Shown: positions 26,087 through 37,477, numbered from the stretch's first letter. The stretch is 64,000 nucleotides of DNA from Clostridia bacterium (GCA_017503865.1 JAFVSI010000009.1:8171-72170); one strand, 5' to 3'. A program made the numbers and translations. The notes: generated by a model from the letters alone, not told the origin.

Positions 26087-27631
26087 ATGGAAAAAATCAT
26101 TTTTTGCGTCATCGGTGCCGTTGTCGGTATCGTTCTCGGAATCGTGATAGGTATTGCCATTCGCAAGGCAATTGCCGAGAAGAAGATAGGCTCTGCCAAG
26201 CTTGAGGCGGAGAAGATAAGAGAAGATGCCAAGAAGGAAGCTGAGACGGCAAAGAAGGAAGCTTTGATAAGCGCTAAGGAAGATATCCTTCGTCAGAGAA
26301 ACGAAGCTGAACGTGAAATGAAGGAGCGTCGCGGCGAGATAACAAGACAGGAACGCAGACTCGTTCAAAAGGAAGAAAATCTCGACAAGAAGACCGAACA
26401 GCTCGAAAGAAAGAATGAGCAGCTTGACAAGAGTATCAAGGAAAACGAGGCTCTTAGAGAACAGATAAACGAGCTTCTCTCAAAGGAGCTTAAGATACTC
26501 GAAAACATTTCGGGAATATCGGCTCAAGAGGCTAAGGAAGAGCTTATTTCGAGAGTTGAGTCCGAGGTAAGACACGAGCTTGCACAAAGGCTTGACGAGC
26601 TTGACGCACAGTTCAAGGAAGAGGCTGACGATAAGGCAAGAAACATAATCTCTCTCGCAATACAGAGATGTGCTGCAGACCACGTAGCCGAGACTACTAT
26701 CTCGGTCGTTGCCCTGCCGAGTGAGGATATGAAGGGTAGAATTATCGGTCGTGAGGGACGAAATATCCAGATGCTTGAAAAGCTTACGGGTATCGATCTT
26801 ATAATCGACGATACTCCCGAGGCAATAACTCTTTCGGGCTTTGATCCCGTAAGACGTGAAACGGCAAGAATTACACTTGAAAAGCTTATTTCCGACGGAC
26901 GAATCCATCCCTCGAGAATTGAGGAGACGGTTGAAAGAGCAGCCAAAGAGGTTGAGGCAGCTATCAAGCAGGCGGGTGAGCGAGCTACCTTTGACGTAGG
27001 CGTTCACGGAATCAATCCCGAGCTTGTAAGAATGCTCGGTAGACTCAAGTACAGAACCAGCTACGGACAAAACGTACTTAAGCACTCTATTGAGGTTGCA
27101 CTTATCTCGGGTATGATAGCCGATGAGCTTGGAGTTGACAGTGCACTTGCAAAGCGTGCAGGACTTCTCCACGACATAGGAAAGGCACAGACACACGAGA
27201 TGGAAGGCTCACACGTTGAGCTTGGAGTAAATCTCGCTAAGAGATTCAAGGAGAGCCGCGAGGTTATCCACGCTATTGAGGCACACCACGGAGACGTGGA
27301 GGCTAAGACAATTACGGCAGTCATCGTTCAGGCGGCAGATGCGATATCTGCGGCAAGACCCGGTGCACGTAGAGAGGATCTTGAAAATTACATTAAGCGA
27401 CTCGAGAAGATCGAGGAGATAGCAAACAGCTTCGGCGGAGTTGACAAGGCATTCGCAGTTCAGGCAGGCCGTGAGATAAGAGTTATGGTCAAGCCCGAGG
27501 AAGTCAACGATGACGGTATGAAGCTTATCGCAAGGGAAATGGCGGCTAAGATCCAAGAGGACGTCAAGTATCCCGGACAGATCAAGATCAATGTTATAAG
27601 AGAAAGCCGTGCGGTAGATTTCGCAAAGTAA
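26087..27631 (+). CDS. rny: Ribonuclease Y
   Basis: N-terminal TM helix, coiled coil, KH domain ([12 protein letters not shown]) and HD domain (LLHDIGK). Confidence 0.95.
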   Translation: MEKIIFCVIGAVVGIVLGIVIGIAIRKAIAEKKIGSAKLEAEKIREDAKKEAETAKKEALISAKEDILRQRNEAEREMKERRGEITRQERRLVQKEENLDKKTEQLERKNEQLDKSIKENEALREQINELLSKELKILENISGISAQEAKEELISRVESEVRHELAQRLDELDAQFKEEADDKARNIISLAIQRCAADHVAETTISVVALPSEDMKGRIIGREGRNIQMLEKLTGIDLIIDDTPEAITLSGFDPVRRETARITLEKLISDGRIHPSRIEETVERAAKEVEAAIKQAGERATFDVGVHGINPELVRMLGRLKYRTSYGQNVLKHSIEVALISGMIADELGVDSALAKRAGLLHDIGKAQTHEMEGSHVELGVNLAKRFKESREVIHAIEAHHGDVEAKTITAVIVQAADAISAARPGARREDLENYIKRLEKIEEIANSFGGVDKAFAVQAGREIRVMVKPEEVNDDGMKLIAREMAAKIQEDVKYPGQIKINVIRESRAVDFAK

Positions 27632-27741
27632 TCTAATAAAAACGGCAAAAATCTTTCTATCCCGAAAATGAGGATTTGATATATATTTTAGTATAAAGTC
27701 CAAAACGGAATAAAACGAGGAATCGTTTAAGATAGATACAA

Positions 27742-27778
27742 GGGAGATGGTAATACTACCGTCTCCCTTTGTTTTTTG
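27742..27778 (+). terminator. Intrinsic terminator of rny
   Basis: GGGAGATGGTA-ATA-CTACCGTCTCCC followed by TTTGTTTTTTG. Confidence 0.75.
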
Positions 27779-27873
27779 ATTTTTCTTTCCGCATAAACAA
27801 TATCGCACCGTGTCGAATAATATGTTGATGTATAGGTCTTTAATTTTAGGAAATGTAGAATGGAGAAGGTAAG

Positions 27874-28134
27874 ATGGATACGTTGACACTTGATAATCTT
27901 TCTGTAAACAGATGCGGACGTGTGGCGGGACTCTTGTCGGGTGGAGCTATGCGGCGGAGAATGATAGATCTCGGTATAGTAGAGGGAACAAAAATAGAAT
28001 GCGTGGGGAGAAGCCCCTCGGGGGACCCCTCGGCATATATGATACGCGGGGCGGTGATCGCCATACGCAAGAGGGATGCGAAAAATATACTCCTTGTTGC
28101 ATCTTCTGTGGGGGGCAACTATGGGACTCACTAA
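27874..28134 (+). CDS. feoA: Ferrous iron transport protein A
   Basis: FeoA SH3-like pattern: L..L..G..G.V..L...RRRMIDLGIVEGTKIE. Confidence 0.85.
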   Translation: MDTLTLDNLSVNRCGRVAGLLSGGAMRRRMIDLGIVEGTKIECVGRSPSGDPSAYMIRGAVIAIRKRDAKNILLVASSVGGNYGTH

Positions 28135-30262
28135 AAGCTCGGTAGGCACGAGGGTAATCGATAAAGAAAAATCTTTTGGGGACTTTCGTGAAAAATATGA
28201 CGCGGTGGTGGCTCTTGCGGGAAATCCAAACGTAGGAAAAAGCACCGTTTTTAACAGTCTTACAGGAATGAAGCAGCACACAGGCAATTGGGCGGGAAAG
28301 ACGGTGGCGTCTGCCGTTGGGGTTTGCCGACACGGTGGACATGAATACGCTATGGTGGATATTCCAGGTACTTATTCGCTTATGTCAAGCTCGAAAGAGG
28401 AAGAGGTGGCGAGAAATTTTCTGTGTTTTTCCTCGCCTGACGTCAGTGTTGTGGTGTGTGATGCTACCTGTCTTGAAAGGAATCTCAATCTCGTGCTTCA
28501 AATAATGGAAGTGTCTAAGAAAACGGTGATTTGCGTAAATCTTCTCGACGAGGCAAAACGAAAGGGAATTGAAATTGACACCGAGCTGCTTTCCTCTCGT
28601 CTTGGAGTTTCGGTGGTCGGAGTCGTCGGTCGAGACAAAAAGAGTCTTGGCGTACTGCTCGATGCTGTCTCTGACACTCTTGAGTCTGACGGAGCGTACC
28701 GAAACGTAACCTATTGCGATGCAATCGAAGATGCCGTGTCAATACTCTCGCCCGTCATTGAAAAAAAGATTTCGCTAAGGCTTAACCCCAAATGGGTGTC
28801 TCTACGGCTCCTTGACGGCGACGAGACGCTTGTTAAAGAGCTGTCGGGATTTGTTGGATTTGACGTTCTCGGTGACGAGGATATTTCTTTAGCTCTTAAT
28901 AGGGCTGATGAGCATCTGAGGGAGAGGGGATTTTTTGCCGATATTCTGAAGGAAGCTATCGCGAGTACCTTAGTGCGTGAGGCAGAGGATATTTGCGAAG
29001 GGGTTGTTTCGTATGAGAAAAAAGGAAAGAAGGAGAGAGACAGGTCGATAGACAAGGTGCTGACAAGTCGGGCATTTGGATACCCCGTAATGATTGCCTT
29101 TCTCGCAACCGTGTTTTTTATAACTATTTCGGGTGCGAATGCGATCTCGGAGCTAATATCTACGTTTCTATTTTATATAGAGGGACTTTTCGGTAAATTT
29201 CTTTTGAGTATCGGTACGCCCGACTGGCTGTACGGGGCACTCGTGCTTGGAATATTCAGGGTGCTTGCGTGGGTGGTTTCGGTAATGTTGCCACCTATGG
29301 CGATATTCTTTCCGCTTTTTACCTTGCTCGAGGACGTTGGTTATCTGCCGAGGATTGCATACAATCTCGACAAGCCCTTCTCAAAGTGCTCGGCGTGCGG
29401 AAAGCAGGCTCTCACTATGTGTATGGGCTTTGGTTGCAACGCGGCAGGAGTTGTCGGGTGCAGAATAATCGACTCTCCCCGTGAGCGACTATTAGCAACG
29501 CTTACGAATTGCTTTGTACCGTGCAACGGAAAGTTTCCAATGCTCATAGCACTTATAAGTATCTTCTTTATAGGCGGTGACGGTGGTTTTTTCGATACGT
29601 TGCTGTCTGCACTGTTGCTTACGGCAGTTATTCTTCTCGGTGTGGCGATGACCTTTTTCTGCACATGGTTGCTTTCAAAGACGTTGCTTCGCGGCACACC
29701 CTCGTCTTTTACGCTTGAGCTTCCGCCATACAGACGTCCGCAGATTTTTCGTGTGCTTGTTCGCTCGGTGCTTGACCGAACGGTCTTTGTCCTTGCCCGT
29801 GCGGCAGCTATCGCCGCCCCTGCAGGACTTGTCATATGGCTCATGGCGAATATAACTGTAGGAGATGTCAGTCTTCTTCGCTATATAGCGGACTTCCTCG
29901 ATCCCTTTGCGAGTCTTATGGGACTTGACGGAGTCATACTCGTCGCGTTTATCCTCGGACTGCCCGCTAACGAAATAGTCATACCGATAATTATTATGGC
30001 GTATCTTGCCGAGGGAAGTATAGCCGAAATAGGAAGTCTTGATGAGATGCGGAGAATATTTGTTGATAACGGGTGGGATTTTGTAACTGCGGGAAGCGTT
30101 ATACTGTTCTCGCTTTTGCATTCTCCCTGTGCAACAACACTTATGACGGTAAAAAAGGAAACGGGAAGTTTTAGGTGGGCACTCCTTTCAGCAGTCTTGC
30201 CGACGGTAATAGGAATAATTGTCTGCATAATATTTGCAAATTTAACGAGATTATTTATATAG
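28121..30262 (+). CDS. feoB: Ferrous iron transporter FeoB
   Basis: The G-domain motif VALAGNPNVGKSTVFN is followed by a polytopic membrane domain. ATG 28121 overlaps feoA by 14 nt. Confidence 0.9.
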   Translation: MGLTKSSVGTRVIDKEKSFGDFREKYDAVVALAGNPNVGKSTVFNSLTGMKQHTGNWAGKTVASAVGVCRHGGHEYAMVDIPGTYSLMSSSKEEEVARNFLCFSSPDVSVVVCDATCLERNLNLVLQIMEVSKKTVICVNLLDEAKRKGIEIDTELLSSRLGVSVVGVVGRDKKSLGVLLDAVSDTLESDGAYRNVTYCDAIEDAVSILSPVIEKKISLRLNPKWVSLRLLDGDETLVKELSGFVGFDVLGDEDISLALNRADEHLRERGFFADILKEAIASTLVREAEDICEGVVSYEKKGKKERDRSIDKVLTSRAFGYPVMIAFLATVFFITISGANAISELISTFLFYIEGLFGKFLLSIGTPDWLYGALVLGIFRVLAWVVSVMLPPMAIFFPLFTLLEDVGYLPRIAYNLDKPFSKCSACGKQALTMCMGFGCNAAGVVGCRIIDSPRERLLATLTNCFVPCNGKFPMLIALISIFFIGGDGGFFDTLLSALLLTAVILLGVAMTFFCTWLLSKTLLRGTPSSFTLELPPYRRPQIFRVLVRSVLDRTVFVLARAAAIAAPAGLVIWLMANITVGDVSLLRYIADFLDPFASLMGLDGVILVAFILGLPANEIVIPIIIMAYLAEGSIAEIGSLDEMRRIFVDNGWDFVTAGSVILFSLLHSPCATTLMTVKKETGSFRWALLSAVLPTVIGIIVCIIFANLTRLFI

Positions 30263-30315
30263 CAGTTTCCTACATTATTATATATAGGAGAGCTGTGAGT
30301 CAAAAAGTATATAAC

Positions 30316-30354
30316 GGAGAGAAAACGGATTTTCCGTTTTCTCTCCATTTTTTT
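30316..30354 (+). terminator. Intrinsic terminator of feoAB
   Basis: GGAGAGAAAACGGA-TTT-TCCGTTTTCTCTCC followed by ATTTTTTT. Confidence 0.8.
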
Positions 30355-30533
30355 ATAAAATGCGAACGATTTATGAGAAAAAACAGAAAAATATGAGCAA
30401 AAAATGATCGAAAATGGGCTCTGGTATGACAAAAATGCCTCAAAAAACGGTGTTTTTGTTTACTTTGTATATTTTGAGCCTTAAAATATATGTAAAATTC
30501 TCTCTTTTGTATAAAGAAATGTAAAAAAAATTC

Positions 30534-30562
30534 TTGACAACGTAAAATTATTGTGATATAAT
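30534..30562 (+). promoter_or_regulatory. Strong sigma-A promoter of the S10 operon with an A-tract UP element
   Basis: AAAAAAAA (30523-30530), TTGACA (30534-30539), 17 nt, TGaTATAAT (-10 at 30557-30562). Confidence 0.7.
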
Positions 30563-30569
30563 ACTAAAG

Positions 30570-30855
30570 CTTGATATGCGATGAAGCGAGAGGTTGCTGC
30601 TTAGGCAGGTAATTTTCGTGGAGTATGTCCGTTTTGATCGGGCGACAGCAATCCTTACACGGCTTTTGCAGTGTTTTTGCGAACGTTATCCGAAATGTCA
30701 AATATGGTACTGATGTTTGGCGGTTTCGGTTTTTAAACGGAGAGCGAAGATACGCACGGCACAGTGTCAAGGGAGCGTCCCTGCAAGAAAACGCGATGTC
30801 CGCGAGTTATCCACGAACACGCGGCAAGCGAAATAATTACAAGGAGGCAAACAAA
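30570..30855 (+). promoter_or_regulatory. Long (~285 nt) untranslated leader of the S10 operon, possible r-protein autoregulatory leader
   Basis: This is the distance from the consensus promoter to the rpsJ ATG (30856). Several local hairpins are present, e.g. CTGC-TTAG-GCAG and CGCG...CGCG. The ORF-track extension 30625-30855 has no RBS. Confidence 0.3.
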
Positions 30856-31167
30856 ATGGCAGTTAAGGAAAAGATCAGAGTAAGACTCAAGAGCTACGAC
30901 CACACAATCATCGATGCAGCAGCAGAGAAGATCGTTGAGGTTGCTAAGAGAAACGGCGCAGAAGTTTCTGGTCCTATACCGCTTCCCACAGAGAAGGAGA
31001 TAGTTACCATTCTCCGTGCGGTTCACAAGTATAAGGACAGCCGTGAGCAGTTTGAGATGCGTACTCACAAGAGACTCATTGACATATTGAAGCCTACACA
31101 GAAGGTTGTAGACGCACTTATGAGCATTGAGCTTCCCGCAGGCGTTGAGATCGAGGTAAAAATCTAA
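30856..31167 (+). CDS. rpsJ: 30S ribosomal protein S10
   Basis: [16 protein letters not shown]... with AAGGAGG upstream. Confidence 0.95.
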   Translation: MAVKEKIRVRLKSYDHTIIDAAAEKIVEVAKRNGAEVSGPIPLPTEKEIVTILRAVHKYKDSREQFEMRTHKRLIDILKPTQKVVDALMSIELPAGVEIEVKI

Positions 31168-31304
31168 TCAAGCACCGCGAACTCACAAAACAAGGATAAC
31201 AGCCGATGATAGACTGAGGTCTTACAGCTCGGCAACCTTGTAAGTCACGTTGGCATCATCATTATATAAGGTGTCAACCAATAATTTACAGGAGGAAAAA
31301 TCAA

Positions 31305-31934
31305 ATGAAAAAGGGAATTATCGGAAGAAAAGTCGGTATGACACAGATCTTTGACGAGATCGGAAACGTAATACCGGTTACGGTAATTGAGGCAGGCCCC
31401 TGCGTAGTATCGCAGAAGAAGACTGTCGAAACTGATGGATACGAGGCAGTACAGCTCGGATTTATCGACGCAAAGGAAAAGAACGCAAACAAGCCCACCA
31501 AGGGACACTTCGAGAAGGCTGGTACTTCTGTTAAGAAGCACCTTAAGGAGTTCCGTCTTGATGATTGCTCTGCTGTAAACGTAGGCGACGTCATCACAGT
31601 CGATACCTTCGCCGCTGGCGACAAGGTCGACGTAACAGGTATGACAAAGGGTCGTGGATACACAGGCGCTATTAAGAGATGGAATCTTCACAAGCTCCGT
31701 ATGACTCACGGTGTAGGCCCTGTTCACCGCCAGTCCGGTTCTATGGGTGTTATCGACCCTGCGAGAATCTTCAAGAACAAGAAGATGGCCGGTCAGTACG
31801 GTAACGAGCAGGTAACCGTTCTCAATTTGAAAGTTGTAAAGATCGACTCCGAAAAGAATCTTATCGCTATCAAGGGTGCCATTCCCGGTGCCAAGGATGG
31901 CATAGTATTCATCCGTGATTCGGTTAAAGCATAA
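31305..31934 (+). CDS. rplC: 50S ribosomal protein L3
   Basis: [16 protein letters not shown]... Confidence 0.95.
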   Translation: MKKGIIGRKVGMTQIFDEIGNVIPVTVIEAGPCVVSQKKTVETDGYEAVQLGFIDAKEKNANKPTKGHFEKAGTSVKKHLKEFRLDDCSAVNVGDVITVDTFAAGDKVDVTGMTKGRGYTGAIKRWNLHKLRMTHGVGPVHRQSGSMGVIDPARIFKNKKMAGQYGNEQVTVLNLKVVKIDSEKNLIAIKGAIPGAKDGIVFIRDSVKA

Positions 31935-31954
31935 GCGGAAGGAGGAAAAACACA

Positions 31955-32665
31955 ATGCCAAACATTAAAGTTATGGATATGACAGGCAAGGAAGTCGGAG
32001 AAATGATGCTCTCTGATGTTATATTCGGAGCAGAAGTTAACGAAGCCGTCCTCCACGCTGCAGTAAGAGCATATCTTATGAATCAGAGACAGGGTACACA
32101 GTCCACACTTACTCGCTCTGAGGTTTCCGGCGGCGGTAAGAAGCCCTGGAGACAGAAGGGTACCGGTAGAGCTCGTCAGGGTTCAACCCGTTCTCCTCAG
32201 TGGACACACGGTGGTATCGCACTTGGTCCTAAGCCCAGAGATTACCGTACAGGTATGAATAAGAAGGCAAAGAGACTTGCTCTCTTCAGTGCGCTTTCCG
32301 CTAAGGTCGCAGCAGGTGAGCTCATCGTAGTTGATGAGATCAAGCTTGACACCTTCAAGACCGCAGAGATGGTCAAGATGTTCAAGGCACTCGGTTGCGA
32401 GAAGCAGGTTACAAAGACTTACAAGACCACAACCGTTAAGGACGGTGAGGTTGTAAGAGAGAAGCTTTCGAGAACAGCAACTGTTGCCGAGAGCACACTC
32501 GTAGTTCTTCCCGAGGTTGACAAGTTCGTAATCAAGAGCTGCGCTAACATCGAGAAGGCTGCTACAACACTCTTCAGCACTCTCAACGTTTATGAGGTGC
32601 TCAAGGCAGAGAAGGTCGTTATGACTAAGGCTGCTATCGAAAAACTCCAGGAGGTTTATGCGTGA
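31955..32665 (+). CDS. rplD: 50S ribosomal protein L4 (236 aa, with a ~30-aa internal insertion)
   Basis: GGGKKPWRQKGTGRARQGS is present. By recollection this is longer than the typical ~207 aa. Confidence 0.95.
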   Translation: MPNIKVMDMTGKEVGEMMLSDVIFGAEVNEAVLHAAVRAYLMNQRQGTQSTLTRSEVSGGGKKPWRQKGTGRARQGSTRSPQWTHGGIALGPKPRDYRTGMNKKAKRLALFSALSAKVAAGELIVVDEIKLDTFKTAEMVKMFKALGCEKQVTKTYKTTTVKDGEVVREKLSRTATVAESTLVVLPEVDKFVIKSCANIEKAATTLFSTLNVYEVLKAEKVVMTKAAIEKLQEVYA

Positions 32666-32958
32666 TGAAAATGGTACAGGATATAATCATTAAGCCCGTT
32701 ATCACTGAGGCGAGCATGGACCGACTTGGTATGAAGAGATATACCTTTAAGGTAGCAAACGATGCGACCAAGCCCGAGATCGCAAAGGCTGTTGAAGCTT
32801 TGTTCGGCGTAAAGGTTGCAAAGGTCAACACAATTTCAATGAAGAAAAAGCCCACAAGAACAGGTGTTCACTTCGGTTACAAGTCCGAGTGGAAGAAGGC
32901 TATAGTAACACTTACAGCTGATTCCAAGACCATCGAGTTCTTCGACGGCCTTAACTGA
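32665..32958 (+). CDS. rplW: 50S ribosomal protein L23
   Basis: DIIIKPVITEAS...YTFKV. The start could be GTG 32662 or ATG 32665. Confidence 0.9.
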   Translation: MKMVQDIIIKPVITEASMDRLGMKRYTFKVANDATKPEIAKAVEALFGVKVAKVNTISMKKKPTRTGVHFGYKSEWKKAIVTLTADSKTIEFFDGLN

Positions 32959-32976
32959 TGTAGGAGGTAAGGAATA

Positions 32977-33807
32977 ATGCCTACAAAGAAGTATAATCCT
33001 ACGACACCGTCGAGAAGACACATGTCTGTGCCTACTTTCGAGGAGATCACAAAGTTTACTCCCGAAAAGTCCCTCACGGTTATTAAGAAAAAGCATGCCG
33101 GACGTAACAGCTACGGCAAGATCACCGTTCGTCACCACGGCGGCGGAAACAAGATTAAGTACAGAATTATCGACTTCAAGAGAATGAACGAGGCTCCCGC
33201 AACTGTTATCGGCGTTGAGTACGACCCCAACAGAAGCGCATACATCGCTCTTCTTCAGAACGAGGCTGGCGACAAGAGCTACATCATCGCTCCCGTTGGT
33301 CTTAAGGATGGCGACGTTGTTTACACAGGTGCTGATTCCGATATCAAGCCCGGTAACACACTTCCTATCGAGAACATCCCCGTCGGTACATTCATTCACA
33401 ACATCGAGCTTTATCCCGGTAAGGGCGCTCAGCTCGTTCGTTCCGCAGGAGTTGCTGCACAGCTTCTCTCTAAGGAGAACGGCATCGCTCAGATAAGACT
33501 TCCTTCCGGTGAAGTTCGTATGGTTCGTCTTGACTGCAAGGCTACAATCGGTCAGGTAGGTAACGTTGAGCACGATACCGTTAAGATCGGTAAGGCCGGT
33601 AAGACAAGACACCTCGGAATTCGTCCTACAGTCCGCGGTTCTGTAATGAACCCCTGCGACCACCCTCACGGTGGTGGTGAAGGTAAGTCTCCTATCGGTA
33701 GACCTTCGCCTGTTACACCTTGGGGTAAGCCTGCTCTCGGATATAAGACGAGAAACAAGAAGGCTAGAACTGATAAGTTCATAGTCAGACGCAGAAATGG
33801 TAAATAA
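32977..33807 (+). CDS. rplB: 50S ribosomal protein L2
   Basis: [16 protein letters not shown]...HPHGGGEG. Confidence 0.95.
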   Translation: MPTKKYNPTTPSRRHMSVPTFEEITKFTPEKSLTVIKKKHAGRNSYGKITVRHHGGGNKIKYRIIDFKRMNEAPATVIGVEYDPNRSAYIALLQNEAGDKSYIIAPVGLKDGDVVYTGADSDIKPGNTLPIENIPVGTFIHNIELYPGKGAQLVRSAGVAAQLLSKENGIAQIRLPSGEVRMVRLDCKATIGQVGNVEHDTVKIGKAGKTRHLGIRPTVRGSVMNPCDHPHGGGEGKSPIGRPSPVTPWGKPALGYKTRNKKARTDKFIVRRRNGK

Positions 33808-33820
33808 GGAGGGAATATAA

Positions 33821-34102
33821 ATGAGCAGAAGTCTTAAAAAGGCACCTTACGTTGAAGAGAAGCTCTACACACGTATCTGTGCTATGAATGAGAAGAAAGA
33901 GAAGAAAGTTCTCAAGACATGGTCTCGTGCGTCAACAATATTCCCTGAGTTTGTAGGACACACGATCGCCGTTCACGATGGCAGAAAGCACGTTCCGGTA
34001 TATATCACCGAGGATATGGTTGGTCACAAGCTCGGCGAGTTCGCACTTACAAGAACATTCAAGGGCCACGCAGGCTCCAAGACATCCAATAACGGTAAAT
34101 AA
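33821..34102 (+). CDS. rpsS: 30S ribosomal protein S19
   Basis: [11 protein letters not shown]...[17 protein letters not shown]. Confidence 0.95.
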   Translation: MSRSLKKAPYVEEKLYTRICAMNEKKEKKVLKTWSRASTIFPEFVGHTIAVHDGRKHVPVYITEDMVGHKLGEFALTRTFKGHAGSKTSNNGK

Positions 34103-34122
34103 TGCAGGAGGAAAGAATTAGT

Positions 34123-34458
34123 ATGGAAGCAAAAGCAACGCTTAAATATGCAAGAATTTCCCCACGCAAGGTAAAGATCGTTCTCGACCTCATCAGAGGT
34201 AAGGATGCGGGAGTAGCAATGGCTATTCTTAAGAACACCAAGAAGAGTGCTTCTGAATACCTTGTAAAGCTTTTGGGAAGTGCAATTGCAAATGCAGTAA
34301 ACAACTTTGATATGGATGGCACTAAGCTTTATGTCAGCGAGTGCTTCGTATGCGAGGGCCCGACTCTCAAGAGAATCATGCCCAGAGCAAAGGGAAGTGC
34401 AGACAGAATCCTTAAGAGAACATCCCACATCACAGTAGTAGTTAAGGAAAGAGACTAA
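34123..34458 (+). CDS. rplV: 50S ribosomal protein L22
   Basis: [17 protein letters not shown], with AGGAGG upstream of ATG 34123. Confidence 0.93.
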   Translation: MEAKATLKYARISPRKVKIVLDLIRGKDAGVAMAILKNTKKSASEYLVKLLGSAIANAVNNFDMDGTKLYVSECFVCEGPTLKRIMPRAKGSADRILKRTSHITVVVKERD

Positions 34459-34478
34459 GAGAAGGAGGTAAGAGCTAA

Positions 34479-35234
34479 ATGGGACAGAAGGTTAATCCCC
34501 ACGGTTTGCGTGTTGGAGTAATTAAGAACTGGGATTCGAGATGGTTCGTGTCTGACGAGAAGTTCGGCGACACACTCGTATCCGACTACAATATCAGAAA
34601 ATATCTGAAGAAGGCACTCCAGGCTGCAGGCGTTCCTAAGATCGAGATCGAACGTGACAGCCAGAGAGTTAGAGTATTTATCCACTGTGCAAAGCCCGGT
34701 CTTGTAATTGGACGTGGCGGTGCAGAGATCGAGAAGTACAAGAACGAGCTTCAGAAAATGGTTGGTATGCCCGTTGCCCTCAACGTTGTTGAGGTAAGAC
34801 AGCCCGACCTCGATGCACAGCTTGTTGCTGAGAATATCTCGGCACAGCTCGAAAGAAGAATTTCTTTCCGTCGTGCTATGAAGATGGCGATCAGAAACAC
34901 CATGAGACTTGGTGCAAAGGGAATCAAGATTTCCTGCAGCGGTCGTCTTGGCGGTGCCGAGATCGCAAGATCAGAACACTATCACGAGGGTACTATCCCG
35001 CTTCAGACTCTCAGAGCTGATATCGATTACGGTTTCTGGGAAGCAAATACAACTTACGGAAAGATCGGCGTTAAGGTATGGATTTACCGTGGCGAAGTTC
35101 TTAACGAAGTAAACCGCCCCTCTAGAGACAACCGCCGCGGCGACCGCAAGGACGCTCGTAACGGTGACAGACGTCCTAGAAGAAGAGACGGTGCAAAAGG
35201 CGAGAGAGCTCCGAGAGAAGGAGGACGTAAATAA
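34479..35234 (+). CDS. rpsC: 30S ribosomal protein S3 (with an Arg/Asp-rich C-terminal tail)
   Basis: [13 protein letters not shown]... with the tail [26 protein letters not shown]. Confidence 0.95.
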   Translation: MGQKVNPHGLRVGVIKNWDSRWFVSDEKFGDTLVSDYNIRKYLKKALQAAGVPKIEIERDSQRVRVFIHCAKPGLVIGRGGAEIEKYKNELQKMVGMPVALNVVEVRQPDLDAQLVAENISAQLERRISFRRAMKMAIRNTMRLGAKGIKISCSGRLGGAEIARSEHYHEGTIPLQTLRADIDYGFWEANTTYGKIGVKVWIYRGEVLNEVNRPSRDNRRGDRKDARNGDRRPRRRDGAKGERAPREGGRK

Positions 35235-35647
35235 TGTTAATGCCTAAGAGAGTTAAGTTCCGTCGTGTTCAGCGCGGAAGACTTAAAGGAAAAGCAATGA
35301 GAGGCAATAAGGTTACAAACGGTTCTTACGGTCTTGTAGCACTTGAGCCCGCTTGGATCACAAGCAACCAGATCGAGGCAGCACGTATTGCGATGACAAG
35401 ATACATCAAGCGTGGTGGTAAGGTTTGGATTAAGATATTCCCCGATAAGCCTATCACAGAGAAGCCTGCTGAAACTCGAATGGGTTCCGGTAAGGGTAGC
35501 CCTGAGTACTGGGTAGCTGTTGTTAAGCCGGGTAGAGTAATGTTCGAGATGGACGGAGTTGCAGAGGAAGTTGCAAGAGAAGCAATGAGACTTGCATCTC
35601 ACAAGCTCCCCATCAAGTGTAAGTTCGCGAAGAAGGAGGGTATCTAA
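35234..35647 (+). CDS. rplP: 50S ribosomal protein L16
   Basis: [11 protein letters not shown]. There is a TAATG overlap with rpsC. Confidence 0.95.
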   Translation: MLMPKRVKFRRVQRGRLKGKAMRGNKVTNGSYGLVALEPAWITSNQIEAARIAMTRYIKRGGKVWIKIFPDKPITEKPAETRMGSGKGSPEYWVAVVKPGRVMFEMDGVAEEVAREAMRLASHKLPIKCKFAKKEGI

Positions 35648-35650
35648 GCC

Positions 35651-35848
35651 ATGAAGAACAACATAGTTAAGGATCTCAGAGCTATGAACGTTGAAGAACT
35701 CAACGCAAAGCTCAAGGAGCTTAAGGAAGAGCTTTTTACACTCCGTTTCCAGCACGCGATCAATCAGCTTGACAACCCCAAGAAGATGACGGAAGTCAAG
35801 AAGGACATTGCTCGTGTAATGACAATCCTTTCAGAGAAAAATGCGTAA
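35651..35848 (+). CDS. rpmC: 50S ribosomal protein L29
   Basis: LRAMNVEELNAKLKELKEELFTLRFQ. Confidence 0.93.
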   Translation: MKNNIVKDLRAMNVEELNAKLKELKEELFTLRFQHAINQLDNPKKMTEVKKDIARVMTILSEKNA

Positions 35849-35860
35849 GGAGGAAGAGTC

Positions 35861-36121
35861 ATGACAGAAGAAAGAAACCTTAGAAAAACAAGAGTCGGTC
35901 ACGTAGTGAGCGACAAGATGAACAAGACCGTTGTAGTTGCTATCGAAGATAACGTTAAGCACGCTGTTTACGGCAAGATCATCAAGCGCACCTTGAAGGT
36001 TCACGCACACGATGAAAACGAGATTTGCGGAATCGGCGACAAGGTTGAGATTATGGAAACAAGACCTCTCTCTAAGACAAAGAGATGGCGTGTTGTTGAG
36101 ATAATCGAGAAGGCTAAATAA
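35861..36121 (+). CDS. rpsQ: 30S ribosomal protein S17
   Basis: [19 protein letters not shown]. Confidence 0.93.
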   Translation: MTEERNLRKTRVGHVVSDKMNKTVVVAIEDNVKHAVYGKIIKRTLKVHAHDENEICGIGDKVEIMETRPLSKTKRWRVVEIIEKAK

Positions 36122-36190
36122 TTAGCTCCAATATAAACCCATATACAGTAAATACGGCAGAAATCGTATTGAATTCAGGAGGAAATAGAA

Positions 36191-36559
36191 GTGATACAGC
36201 AACAAACATTAATGACGGTTGCCGATAACACCGGAGCTAAAGAGCTGATGTGCATTCGCGTACTCGGCGGTACAGGCCGCAGATACGCAAACATCGGTGA
36301 CGTGGTAGTAGCCAGCGTAAAGAAGGCTGCCCCCGGCGGTGTAGTTAAGAAAGGCGAAGTAGTTAAGGCAGTTGTAGTTAGAAGCGTTCACGGCGTAAAG
36401 CGTGCTGACGGCTCTAACATCAAGTTTGACGAAAACGCAGCGGTAATCATCAAAGAAGATAAGACGCCCAAAGGAACCCGTATATTTGGTCCTGTGGCAA
36501 GAGAGCTTCGTGAGAAGGACTTCCTTAAGATCCTCTCCCTCGCTCCCGAAGTACTTTAA
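36191..36559 (+). CDS. rplN: 50S ribosomal protein L14 (GTG start)
   Basis: [20 protein letters not shown] at 36191 sits behind AGGAGG. Confidence 0.95.
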   Translation: MIQQQTLMTVADNTGAKELMCIRVLGGTGRRYANIGDVVVASVKKAAPGGVVKKGEVVKAVVVRSVHGVKRADGSNIKFDENAAVIIKEDKTPKGTRIFGPVARELREKDFLKILSLAPEVL

Positions 36560-36573
36560 TGGAGGTATCGAAA

Positions 36574-36903
36574 ATGCATATTAAGACTGGAGATACCGTA
36601 GTTCTTCTTACTGGAAAGTACGAAGATAAGTACGACAAGAATGGTAAGATCATAACACACAAGGTTATAGCAGTTTCTCCCAAGGAAGGAAAGGCTATCG
36701 TTGAGGGTGTTAACATGATCCACAAGCACGTTAAGCCCCGTAGACAGGGTGAGACAGGCGGCATCATTGATGCTGAAGGTGCTATCTACGCATCTAAGGT
36801 TGCTCTTTACTGCCCCAAGTGTGATAAGGGTGTAAGAGCAAAGACTCAGATCGTTGACGGCAAGAAGATCCGCGTTTGTGCAAAATGCGGCAAAGAGCTT
36901 TAA
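36574..36903 (+). CDS. rplX: 50S ribosomal protein L24
   Basis: MHIKTGDTVVLLTGK is the KOW motif, with GGAGG upstream. Confidence 0.9.
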   Translation: MHIKTGDTVVLLTGKYEDKYDKNGKIITHKVIAVSPKEGKAIVEGVNMIHKHVKPRRQGETGGIIDAEGAIYASKVALYCPKCDKGVRAKTQIVDGKKIRVCAKCGKEL

Positions 36904-36920
36904 TTAGGAGGTAGATACTG

Positions 36921-37460
36921 ATGGCAAGACTTAGAGATATGTATAAGGCCGAGGTAGCTCCCGCCCTTATGAAAAAGTTTGAGTACAAGAGCCCCATGCA
37001 GATCCCCAAGCTCGACAAGATCGTAATCAACTGCGGTGTTGGCGACGCAAAGGAGAACTCCAAGGCACTTGATGCAGTTATTGGTGATCTTACGATCATC
37101 GCGGGACAGAAGGCTGTTCCCACATACGCTAAGAAGTCCGTTGCAAACTTCAAGCTCCGTCAGGGCATGAAGATCGGTGCAAAGGTTACTCTCAGAGGCG
37201 ACAGAATGTACGAGTTTGTAGACAGACTCTTCAACTTCGCACTCCCCAGAGTACGTGACTTCAAGGGTATCAACCCCAACGCATTCGACGGTAGAGGAAA
37301 CTACGCTCTCGGACTTAAGGAGCAGCTCATATTCCCCGAAATCGAGTACGACAAGGTTGACAAGATTCGTGGTATGGATATTTGCTTCGTAACAACAGCA
37401 AATACAGACGAAGAGGCAAGAGAGCTCCTCAAGCTTATGGGCGCTCCCTTCGCAAACTGA
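36921..37460 (+). CDS. rplE: 50S ribosomal protein L5
   Basis: [20 protein letters not shown]... Confidence 0.95.
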   Translation: MARLRDMYKAEVAPALMKKFEYKSPMQIPKLDKIVINCGVGDAKENSKALDAVIGDLTIIAGQKAVPTYAKKSVANFKLRQGMKIGAKVTLRGDRMYEFVDRLFNFALPRVRDFKGINPNAFDGRGNYALGLKEQLIFPEIEYDKVDKIRGMDICFVTTANTDEEARELLKLMGAPFAN

Positions 37461-37477
37461 TTCGGAGGTAAAAGAAA

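Noticed and set aside
27779-27873. A Fur box upstream of feoA.
   Set aside because: Only weak AT-rich similarity (AATAATATGTTGAT) to the GATAATGATAATCATTATC consensus. That is not enough to call.
30625-30855. 77-codon N-terminal extension of rpsJ in the ORF track.
   Set aside because: S10 homology starts at MAVKEKIRV (30856), which sits behind AAGGAGG. The extension is the untranslated leader.
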